DNA of 27,442 bases from positions 1 through 27,442 of the forward strand of contig JAHFSN010000001.1 in the NCBI GenBank assembly GCA_023265735.1. The letters run 5' to 3'. Under the pieces are notes generated by a model. That model made no database searches. It was not told where the DNA came from and saw only the letters and a program-made list of their open reading frames with translations. Shown here one piece after another: positions 8,381 to 15,253 of this stretch. The stretch is from Spirochaetaceae bacterium (lineage in GTDB: Bacteria > Spirochaetota > Spirochaetia > JABEVK01). Position numbers and translations under genes: made by a program. The stretch's first letter is position 1; the number at the start of each line of letters is the position of its first letter.

Positions 8381-9384
8381 CAAAAAACACCATTTCAGAT
8401 TCCGGCAAACCGGTTCGGCAGCCCCTGGCGGCCAAGCCAGACATTTCCCATTGGGATTTTCCTCTCGATGCTCCCAGTTCCGAAATGTACCTCAGCCTCC
8501 TTGATGAACTTCAAAAGTACTTCTCCGATATCCAGCAGGACAACTTCTTCCTCCCTGGGTTCGACGCCTACGTCGGAAAAGTCATCTCGGCCTTCCGGGG
8601 CGATGCCTGGGGGCTCTTCCGCGTCTTCCTGGACGGACGGGTCTACACAGCTTCGACGGCGGCCAGCAGCCTGAATGTGGCCCTGGTGCTGTACCTTTAC
8701 GCAACGACCATCGGGTGGAGTACCCAAGATATTCTTCTCCTCGTCAGGGCCGCACTGCTCCACGACGTCGGCATGCTCTTTCTTCCCCAGGAGCTTCTCC
8801 AGAAGGAGGGAAAACTCACCGACAAGGAGCGCATCCTCCTCGAAAGCCATCCGTCTGTCTCCTACGAAATGGTCAGGCGTTGGGGAGAGGGGTACGAGGC
8901 CACCCAGGTGGCTCTCCAGCACCACGAAGAATGGAACGGCACTGGTTACCCGTCGGGCCTCTCCGGCGAGAAGATTCACTCGTGGTCCCGGGTGGCGGCC
9001 GTGGCCATCAATTTTGTGGCCCGGGTGACCCAGCGCCGGTACCGCAACAGCCTCGTCGGGTACGAGGCCATGAAACAGCTCATCAAAGACCAAGGAGTAA
9101 GGTTCGACCCTGTGGCCGTGAAGGACTTCGTTCGCTGCCTGGGACTTAACCCGCCGGGAAGCATCCTCCTCCTCAGCGACGGAAGCATCGCGCGGGTCAT
9201 AGAAATGAACACGACCAACGTGCTTCGTCCCCAGGTCCGCACGTTGATTGATTCGTTTGGGAACGTATTCCGCGACGACCGGGGCCCCCTCCAGAACCTC
9301 ACGGACACCCCGAAAATCTTTATTGCCCGGCCCGTCAATTTTCAAGACCTCCTTGAGGCCCGTGAACAGCAAACGCCGGGGTGA
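8377..9384 (+). CDS. HD-GYP domain protein, probably catalytically degenerate
   Basis: LLHDVG, HPSVS, QHHEEWNGTGYPSGLSGEKI and RxY retained; several metal ligands replaced (see findings). Confidence 0.9.
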   Translation: MTKNTISDSGKPVRQPLAAKPDISHWDFPLDAPSSEMYLSLLDELQKYFSDIQQDNFFLPGFDAYVGKVISAFRGDAWGLFRVFLDGRVYTASTAASSLNVALVLYLYATTIGWSTQDILLLVRAALLHDVGMLFLPQELLQKEGKLTDKERILLESHPSVSYEMVRRWGEGYEATQVALQHHEEWNGTGYPSGLSGEKIHSWSRVAAVAINFVARVTQRRYRNSLVGYEAMKQLIKDQGVRFDPVAVKDFVRCLGLNPPGSILLLSDGSIARVIEMNTTNVLRPQVRTLIDSFGNVFRDDRGPLQNLTDTPKIFIARPVNFQDLLEAREQQTPG

Positions 9385-9721
9385 CCACGGGGAAGACCTG
9401 GCAGCCCGTTACCTTCAGGACCGCGGCTATCATATCGCTAAAAGAAATCTCAGGTGCCGTTCCGGAGAAGTCGATATTGTAGTGTACACGGACGATACCC
9501 TGGTATTTGTGGAAGTCAAACACTGGTTGTCGATGTCGGTCCAAGATCTGGATTCGTCCATTTCTTCGGCGAAACGTTCGAGAATTCTGGGGTGCGCCCG
9601 GGAATTTTTGGCGGATCATCCCGAATGGCAATCCTGCCGTTTGAGGTTCGACATCTTGTTCGTGGGAAGGGAAGGGCTCACCCATTTCCCAGACGCGTTT
9701 ACGGAGAATGGTTTCCAATGA
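9362..9721 (+). CDS. yraN: YraN family (UPF0102) PD-(D/E)XK nuclease-like protein (119 aa)
   Basis: GDHGEDLAARYLQDRGY..AKRN.RCRSGEVDIV...LVFVEVK...RFDI; start reassigned to GTG 9362 (GAGG upstream). Confidence 0.92.
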   Translation: MNSKRRGDHGEDLAARYLQDRGYHIAKRNLRCRSGEVDIVVYTDDTLVFVEVKHWLSMSVQDLDSSISSAKRSRILGCAREFLADHPEWQSCRLRFDILFVGREGLTHFPDAFTENGFQ

Positions 9722-9870
9722 TCAATGAAGTAAGGACACCGGACAGGATCAAAGAACTCAAAAGAAAGATCCAGCAGGAATCGTACCTCCAGACGGCCAT
9801 CTTGGAAATTGCGAGCTTATTGACAGAGAGCATCAACAAAGGTCATTTTCTACTCCATGAGAGAAAATAA
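9718..9870 (+). CDS. Small protein (50 aa) resembling the FlgM C-terminus
   Basis: ATGA overlap with the yraN stop, SD GGAG; MINEVRTPDRIKELKRKIQQESYLQTAILEIASLL. It is the 3' part of ORF-track entry 9454..9870. Confidence 0.7.
   Translation: MINEVRTPDRIKELKRKIQQESYLQTAILEIASLLTESINKGHFLLHERK
9820..9849 (+). promoter_or_regulatory. Putative promoter giving a leaderless mRNA for the 9857 gene
   Basis: TTGACA (9820-9825), 18 nt, CATTTT (9844-9849), 7 nt, ATG 9857. Confidence 0.5.
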
Positions 9871-10219
9871 CAGCGGGCACCGGGGCCGAAGAAGATTTCG
9901 TCACGACCACGAAAGTCCGAGAGTCGTTGTTCCTGCCCAGCCCTGCGTTGTCTGCGCCCAGCCCATCTCCGAGATGGTCAACGCCGTTGCCTACGGCCCG
10001 GACCGTGGTCCGGCCCATTTCGATTGCGTGCTGGCAGAACTCTCTAAGCGCGAACCCCTCGAGCCATCGGAAAAGATCGCCTACCTCGGCTCGGGTCTCT
10101 TTGGTGTCATTGTGGAAAAGGAAAACAACAGGTTTGAGATTCACCGCCGAATTCTGGTCGACGACCCCGTGAATCCGCCCGCCTGGCGAAAAGAGCTTCG
10201 AGGAATGTACAAGAAGTAG
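9857..10219 (+). CDS. Hypothetical protein with a CxxC...HxxC putative zinc site (120 aa)
   Basis: Arg-rich N-terminus, CVVC, HFDC, YLGSGLFGV; ends just before the terminator. Confidence 0.8.
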   Translation: MRENNSGHRGRRRFRHDHESPRVVVPAQPCVVCAQPISEMVNAVAYGPDRGPAHFDCVLAELSKREPLEPSEKIAYLGSGLFGVIVEKENNRFEIHRRILVDDPVNPPAWRKELRGMYKK

Positions 10220-10237
10220 AAGGCCGCTCCCAACAAG

Positions 10238-10269
10238 AAAAAGACCCGCGTTTCCGCGGGTCTTTTTTT
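10238..10269. terminator. Bidirectional intrinsic terminator
   Basis: AAAAAGACCCGCG TTTC CGCGGGTCTTTTT, perfect 13-bp inverted repeat with A-run before and T-run after, between convergent genes. Confidence 0.92.
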
Positions 10270-10289
10270 ATGCAATATGAAGCTCGGTG

Positions 10290-11003
10290 TCAGTACTTGG
10301 TAAAGCCGTCCAGGACTTGCTTGGCCTTTTCCCGGACAGGTCGGATGTAGTTGCCGTTCTGGATTCGGATCAGAGCCGCGAAGACCTCGGGGCTGACCTT
10401 GCCAGAATTCTTCTTGCCCAACATTTCGAGGGCGGCAGCGGCCGCGAACGCGAAGTTGCTGTCGGGTCGAACCGAGTCCTGCGATTTCACCAGACCGGTG
10501 ATGACGGATTCAATGCGGGCCGACTGCGTCGGGTCCGACGCGCCGATTTCTCCCAGCGAATAGACAGCTTCGGCCACGACCATGGGTTCCTTGTCGTGGG
10601 TCGCCATACTCAGCAGAGATTCCCGCGCCTGATCGCCTCCGACCAGCCCCAGCAACTCGGCTGCACGTCGACGAACCTCGGGAAAGTCGTTAATCAGCCG
10701 CCGATTTTCAATGACCTGCTTGGTCGTGCCCTCGGCGCCCAGTTCGTCCAACAGACTCAGAACGTCCGAGGTTTTGTCGGAAACTCTCTTCTTATCGATC
10801 ATGTCTGCGATCAAGTCGAGGGCTCGAAGCTTGTCGCTTCGGTTGTTCTCGGAAACGAGGCTGGTAATCACCTGGACCTCGACGCCGCTTTGCAGTTTCT
10901 TTTCCTCAACGGTTTTCTGGCCTGAATTCGCGTCTGCCGCCTGGGCAAAACTCAAGCCTGGGATCAAAAGAAGCCCGAGGAGAAAGGGCAACGTCTTTTT
11001 CAT
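10290..11003 (-). CDS. Exported HEAT-repeat protein (237 aa)
   Basis: Sec signal MKKTLPFLLGLLLIPGLSFA; HEAT-like units PEVRRRAAELLGLVG, EPMVVAEAVYSLGEIG, PVREKAKQVL; SD AGGAG. Confidence 0.85.
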   Translation of the reverse strand: MKKTLPFLLGLLLIPGLSFAQAADANSGQKTVEEKKLQSGVEVQVITSLVSENNRSDKLRALDLIADMIDKKRVSDKTSDVLSLLDELGAEGTTKQVIENRRLINDFPEVRRRAAELLGLVGGDQARESLLSMATHDKEPMVVAEAVYSLGEIGASDPTQSARIESVITGLVKSQDSVRPDSNFAFAAAAALEMLGKKNSGKVSPEVFAALIRIQNGNYIRPVREKAKQVLDGFTKY

Positions 11004-11019
11004 GTGCGCTCCTTAGTGG

Positions 11020-11544
11020 TTACCAAGATGAGATTTTCCACTCTTTTCCGTACAACTTCAAGAGGTAGAGAAGAACCCTCTCATTGTCAACAACGGCCCA
11101 AACATCGACTCGGTTTTCATCAAGGAAAGTAATGTCGTCCACGGAGACAGCCGCCCGGCTGGGGACGACCACGATGCGGAAATAGTCTTCCAGCGATTTC
11201 AGCTTCACATTGTACTGCTTGAGAAACGGACTGTTCGCCGAGATGTCCTTGAGCCGGACCGGGTCTCCGTAGGTCGCAATGTACGCCTCGTCCAGGTAGG
11301 TTTTCCACTCTTCGAAGGACTTCTTGGCAATGATGGCGTTAAGTCTGTCCACGAGGCCTCTGATTGCCACGAGGGAAGCCTGCTTCTTCTCCGGGGAGAC
11401 TTCGTATCCTGACTTGGGCGCTGGCTTCGGCACGGGGGCTGGCGATTCCAGCACCGGGGCGGCCAAAGGTTTCGAAGGGGGAGGGGGAGAATTCGCGCAA
11501 GAGACCAAGAGTGCAAACGCGAGGACAACGAAGAGGTTCCGCAT
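11020..11544 (-). CDS. Putative lipoprotein (174 aa), Pro-rich linker then a possible NTF2-like domain
   Basis: MRNLFVVLAFALLVSC lipobox; PPPPSKPLAAP linker; helix-then-strands C-terminal domain. Confidence 0.8.
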   Translation of the reverse strand: MRNLFVVLAFALLVSCANSPPPPSKPLAAPVLESPAPVPKPAPKSGYEVSPEKKQASLVAIRGLVDRLNAIIAKKSFEEWKTYLDEAYIATYGDPVRLKDISANSPFLKQYNVKLKSLEDYFRIVVVPSRAAVSVDDITFLDENRVDVWAVVDNERVLLYLLKLYGKEWKISSW

Positions 11545-11550
11545 GCGTCT

Positions 11551-11579
11551 ATCTTAGGCGTTCCTGACCGCTTTGTCAA
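11551..11579 (-). promoter_or_regulatory. Near-consensus sigma70 promoter, leaderless start at 11544
   Basis: Minus strand TTGACA (11579-11574), 17 nt, TAAGAT (11556-11551), 6 nt, ATG. Confidence 0.85.
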
Positions 11580-11587
11580 AAAAAACC

Positions 11588-11617
11588 TTGACCCTGAAGG
11601 GGGGTGAGAACTAGTGT
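11588..11617 (+). promoter_or_regulatory. Sigma70 promoter for coaD, leaderless start at 11625
   Basis: TTGACC (11588-11593), 18 nt, TAGTGT (11612-11617), 7 nt, ATG. Confidence 0.7.
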
Positions 11618-11624
11618 GGTGCCC

Positions 11625-12113
11625 ATGGAAGCCGTTTTTCCCGGAACCTTCGATCCGCCCACGAATGGTCACCTCAATGTGATCGAAAGGGCCAGCCGTA
11701 TCATGGACAAAGTGGTGGTCGTCGTCAGCGCCAACGCCCAAAAACGATGCCTCTTCACACCTCAGGAACGTCATGCCTTTCTCGTCGCCATGACCTCGAG
11801 CCTTCCCAACGTCGAAGTCGCCGTTTGGGACAAGCTGATTGTCGACTTTGCGGTGGCCCACGGTATCCGAACCATCCTTCGCGGCGTCCGCGCGTTTACG
11901 GACTTCGGCTACGAATTCGAGCTCAGCATGATCAACAAGGGCATCAATCAATCGATTGAAACCTTTCTGATACCAACAGATCCAAGGTATTTCGTCCTCC
12001 GGTCGTCGGCCATCAAAGAGCTGGTCCAGCTGGGCTGCGATGTTTCGTCCATGGTCCCCGGAATCGTGGAGCAGGCCCTCAAGGAAAAGCACGCCCGGGG
12101 CCTGCTCGTGTAG
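11625..12113 (+). CDS. coaD: Phosphopantetheine adenylyltransferase CoaD (162 aa)
   Basis: AVFPGTFDPPTNGHLNVIERA (HxGH-type), RGVRAFTDFGYE, SSAIKEL; start reassigned to ATG 11625. Confidence 0.97.
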   Translation: MEAVFPGTFDPPTNGHLNVIERASRIMDKVVVVVSANAQKRCLFTPQERHAFLVAMTSSLPNVEVAVWDKLIVDFAVAHGIRTILRGVRAFTDFGYEFELSMINKGINQSIETFLIPTDPRYFVLRSSAIKELVQLGCDVSSMVPGIVEQALKEKHARGLLV

Positions 12114-12119
12114 CCAAGC

Positions 12120-12148
12120 TTGACACCCCAGGTCAAAAGCGATATGAT
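12120..12148 (+). promoter_or_regulatory. Strong sigma70 promoter for rpmF-acpP-rnc
   Basis: TTGACA (12120-12125), 17 nt, TATGAT (12143-12148); SD GAGG before rpmF. Confidence 0.9.
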
Positions 12149-12178
12149 GCGGAACGATTTTTTTGTGAGGATAGGTCT

Positions 12179-12367
12179 ATGGCAGTACCCAAATTTAACA
12201 CTTCCAAGACCCGTAGCAGACGGAGACGTTCCGCCAACATGAAGATGACGGTGCCCAACCTCATCGCGTGTGGAAATTGCGGAAACCAGATCTTGATGCA
12301 CAGGGTTTGTCCAAAATGTGGCTTCTATCGTGGGAAGCAAGTCTTTGAACCGGAAACTATGGCCTGA
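12179..12367 (+). CDS. rpmF: 50S ribosomal protein L32 (zinc-binding C+ form)
   Basis: MAVPKFNTSKTRSRRRRS...CGNCG...HRVCPKCGFYRG. Confidence 0.97.
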   Translation: MAVPKFNTSKTRSRRRRSANMKMTVPNLIACGNCGNQILMHRVCPKCGFYRGKQVFEPETMA

Positions 12368-12382
12368 CGAAAGGAGAAGCGA

Positions 12383-12619
12383 ATGGACGAACTGTTCGAA
12401 AAGCTGAAGAAGATCATTATCGAGAAACTTGAGGTTGCCGAGGCGAAAGTGACCTTGGACAGCAAGATCCGGGAAGATCTCGGAGCTGACAGTCTTGACA
12501 CCTACGAACTGCTCTATGCCATTGAAGAAGACTTGGGGATTACGATTCCCGAAGACAAGGCCACGGAATTTGAAAAGGTGGGCGACGTCTTGAACTATCT
12601 GCGGTCCCAGCAGAAGTAA
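12383..12619 (+). CDS. acpP: Acyl carrier protein
   Basis: DLGADSLDTYEL phosphopantetheine attachment motif; acidic 78 aa; SD AGGAG. Confidence 0.97.
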   Translation: MDELFEKLKKIIIEKLEVAEAKVTLDSKIREDLGADSLDTYELLYAIEEDLGITIPEDKATEFEKVGDVLNYLRSQQK

Positions 12620-12625
12620 GTTTCC

Positions 12626-13402
12626 GTGGAACTCTTCGGCAAGCCGAGAAGTCCATCGGGTTCTGGGATGAAGCCGGAAAGAAAAAAACTTCTCAAACAG
12701 TTTGAGAAGGATTCGGGAGTCAGGTTCAAGAACGAATCGTTGTTGAACCTGGCTTTCTCGCACCGGTCCTACAGTAATGAAAATTCCGACCACCGGGAAA
12801 ACAACGAGCGCTTGGAATTCCTGGGTGATTCGGTCCTAGGCTTGGTGGTTTCCTCCTACCTTTATCATATCCTCGCCGACAAATCCGAGGGAGACTTGGC
12901 CAAAATCAAGTCTTTTGTCGTTTCCGAAGACATCCTCTCCGTGGTGGCCAAAAAGCTTGGTATCGATCAGCTGCTTTTGGTGGGCAAGGGGGAGGAGAAC
13001 TCCGGGGGACGAACCAAGAAGGCCCTCCTGGCCGACGCCATGGAAGCCGTCTTTGGGGCCTACTACCTCGATGCCGGATTCGCCGATTGCCAGAAGTTCA
13101 TCTTGGACCTCCTCGTACCCGAAATCAACAATGTCCTGGAAGATCGGCACAAGAAGGACTACAAGACGCTCCTCCAGGAGTTTGTCCAGAAGGCCCACAA
13201 GAGCTATCCCAAGTACGTTCTTGTGAACAAGACGGGCCCCGATCACGACAAAACGTTCTTCATGGAAGTTCAGGTGAACGGAAAGACGTGGGGAACTGGA
13301 TCGGGCAAGAATAAGAAAGAGGCCGAACAGCAAGCGGCTGGCATCGCCTACCTAGCTATGACGGGGACATCGCCAGGGCCTTCAGACGTTCCTTCGAATT
13401 GA
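12626..13402 (+). CDS. rnc: Ribonuclease III
   Basis: NNERLEFLGDSVLG signature, LADAMEAVFGAYYLD, dsRBD DYKTLLQE...GPDH...GKNKKEAEQQAA; start may be GTG 12626 or ATG 12668. Confidence 0.97.
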   Translation: MELFGKPRSPSGSGMKPERKKLLKQFEKDSGVRFKNESLLNLAFSHRSYSNENSDHRENNERLEFLGDSVLGLVVSSYLYHILADKSEGDLAKIKSFVVSEDILSVVAKKLGIDQLLLVGKGEENSGGRTKKALLADAMEAVFGAYYLDAGFADCQKFILDLLVPEINNVLEDRHKKDYKTLLQEFVQKAHKSYPKYVLVNKTGPDHDKTFFMEVQVNGKTWGTGSGKNKKEAEQQAAGIAYLAMTGTSPGPSDVPSN

Positions 13403-14573
13403 GGGAAGGGTCCTCCCAAACTCTTTTCTGCAGGTTTCTGAGGACCTTTCCGATTTGCGGTCCGGGCGGAAGGCCCCAACGCATCAGGTCGTCACCGTTC
13501 AGGTCGAGTTCACCCAAAAATATCGGTTCGGCGGATTTTGCCACCCTCAGAAGCTCTGCTTTGAGCCCCTTCGTGTCTTCCCAGTACCCTTCGGCCTCCA
13601 GGGCCCCCAGATACTCCATGCCAATGGCCGCCCGGTCACGGTTGCCCCAGGCCTCGAGGATGGACTTGGCCCGATTCGAGAGACCAAGGTCGGACGCCAG
13701 GAACCCAAGCGCTTTGGTCGGTCCCAGGGTCGAGGCAACCTGGGCATTGCTCCACGTGAGTGCCCTGAGGATTCGCTCCCATTGGTCGCGATAGGAGGGC
13801 CCGGCCAGGGTCAGCCAGTAACTCCACCGAATGTCTGCCGACAACGAGGAAAGGCGGTTGAGATAGGTGCCCGGCTGAATCGACATGGGGGCGAAGAGGT
13901 CAGTCAGGATGCCCAGCTTCCCCAGGGGCCCAAAGGCCAGTTGGGGCTCGCCGCCCGCCATGGCCTTCCACAGCTCCTCCCGAACGCGTTCTCGGGAAAC
14001 GGACGCCAAATTTCTGATCCGGGACGGCACGGCGTCAAGGGTTGCGCTATCCATGGAGAACCCTAACTGGGCGGCAAAGCGAAACAGCCGGAGGATACGC
14101 AGAGCATCCTCATCGAACCGGTGGCCCGGGTTCCCAATGGCCCTGAGCAGGCCCCGGCGTAGGTCGTCCTGGCCACCGAAAGGATCGACGAGGCTCCCAT
14201 CGGAGAGGTTGAGGGCCATTGCGTTGATCGTGAAGTCCCGTCGGGCCAGGTCTTCCTCGAGATTTGTCGAAAAGGCCACGCCGTCGGGTCTTCGTCCGTC
14301 CGAGTAGGTTCCGTCGATACGAAAAGTTGTCACCTCGAAGGACTCCCCTCGAAACAGGACGGTAACGGTTCCATGCTGGAGTCCCGTGGGAAGGACCCGA
14401 CGAAAGAAGCTTTGAACCTCAGAGGGGAGGGCGTCTGTGGCGAAATCATAGTCTTGGGCAGGTCGCCCCAGCAAAAGGTTTCGGACGGCGCCGCCTACGA
14501 GGTAGACTTCCTTGCCCCTTCGTGAGAATTCGAGCGAAAAATCCCTCAGATGATCCACAACAGCATCAAACAT
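13356..14573 (-). CDS. cca: Class II tRNA nucleotidyltransferase / poly(A) polymerase family, probably CCA-adding enzyme
   Basis: YLVGGAVR, DYDFAT, DLARRDFTINAMA, RFDEDALRILR. Assignment as CCA rather than PAP or a split CC-/A-adding enzyme is an inference; neither tRNA here encodes CCA. Confidence 0.85.
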   Translation of the reverse strand: MFDAVVDHLRDFSLEFSRRGKEVYLVGGAVRNLLLGRPAQDYDFATDALPSEVQSFFRRVLPTGLQHGTVTVLFRGESFEVTTFRIDGTYSDGRRPDGVAFSTNLEEDLARRDFTINAMALNLSDGSLVDPFGGQDDLRRGLLRAIGNPGHRFDEDALRILRLFRFAAQLGFSMDSATLDAVPSRIRNLASVSRERVREELWKAMAGGEPQLAFGPLGKLGILTDLFAPMSIQPGTYLNRLSSLSADIRWSYWLTLAGPSYRDQWERILRALTWSNAQVASTLGPTKALGFLASDLGLSNRAKSILEAWGNRDRAAIGMEYLGALEAEGYWEDTKGLKAELLRVAKSAEPIFLGELDLNGDDLMRWGLPPGPQIGKVLRNLQKRVWEDPSLNSKERLKALAMSPS

Positions 14574-14579
14574 GGACCC

Positions 14580-14609
14580 ACACTAGGGTTGTCCAAAACG
14601 ATTTGTCAA
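14580..14609 (-). promoter_or_regulatory. Sigma70 promoter for cca, leaderless
   Basis: Minus strand TTGACA (14609-14604), 18 nt, TAGTGT (14585-14580), 6 nt, ATG at 14573. Confidence 0.75.
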
Positions 14610-14618
14610 GTTTATCCT
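14589..14618 (+). promoter_or_regulatory. Sigma70 promoter for the thiN operon, leaderless, interleaved with the cca promoter
   Basis: TTGTCC (14589-14594), 18 nt, TATCCT (14613-14618), 5 nt, ATG 14624. Confidence 0.6.
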
Positions 14619-14623
14619 GGGCC

Positions 14624-15253
14624 ATGGTCACAGTGGTCTGTACTGGGGGGGAGTTCCCACCGTCTTCGCTCAGTCTTGCCTGGCTCGACACCTGCCAACG
14701 GACCATTGCCGCCGATGGCGGCCTCGCGTTCCTCCGAAAGCTGAATCGCAAAGCGGATCTCTGGGTGGGGGATGGAGACAGCTTGGAGGGTCCCCTGGCA
14801 TCCTGGCGTCTCTGGTACGGCGAGGCCCGGCTCTTGGATCGGCTCAAAGACGACTCGGACACCGAAGCTGCCGTCCAGATCGCCGTCCAAGACGGGGCCC
14901 ACGAGGTCTGGCTCCTGGGAGGGGCGGGCGGTCGAATGGATCACTGGTGGGCCAACCTCAGGATGATCGAGGGCCAGCCTCGGATCAGCCGATGGCTGAC
15001 CGGGCAGGAACAGGCGTTCATCCTTGGTGAGGGGCAAACGATGACGATGGAACCCGGAACCGTCTCCGTATTCCCCCTGGGCCACGGCCCCTGGGACCTC
15101 GTCTCCTCGGGCTTTCGCTGGCCGCTAGAGGCGGTAGATTTTCGTGTTTGGCACAGTTTGAGCAACGAATGTCAGTCCGAGGGGGGAACCTTGACCTCTC
15201 GAGAGGGACGGTTTATGGTCCTTCGCCCCTGGGCCACGGAGGGCCTTGGATGA
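14624..15253 (+). CDS. thiN: Thiamine diphosphokinase (209 aa)
   Basis: IAADGG, WVGDGDSL, KDDSDTEAA, GGAGGRMDH, G.VSVFP, FRWPL...SLSNE; start reassigned from 14522 to ATG 14624. Confidence 0.92.
   Translation: MVTVVCTGGEFPPSSLSLAWLDTCQRTIAADGGLAFLRKLNRKADLWVGDGDSLEGPLASWRLWYGEARLLDRLKDDSDTEAAVQIAVQDGAHEVWLLGGAGGRMDHWWANLRMIEGQPRISRWLTGQEQAFILGEGQTMTMEPGTVSVFPLGHGPWDLVSSGFRWPLEAVDFRVWHSLSNECQSEGGTLTSREGRFMVLRPWATEGLG

Noticed and set aside
12495-12523. TTGACA inside acpP as a promoter for rnc
   Set aside because: No acceptable -10 box at 16-18 nt spacing.
14470-14500. GGAVRN instead of GGAVRD in the nucleotidyltransferase as a sign of inactivity
   Set aside because: The catalytic DxD (DYD) and RRDFTINA motifs are intact, so one substitution here is not enough to call the enzyme inactive.
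14551-14559. Single DnaA-box-like TGATCCACA
   Set aside because: One mismatched copy inside the cca coding region, no cluster and no oriC context.
14522-14623. ORF-track start of thiN at 14522 and coaD at 11604
   Set aside because: Extensions overlap the cca gene or promoter boxes and add no family-like residues.
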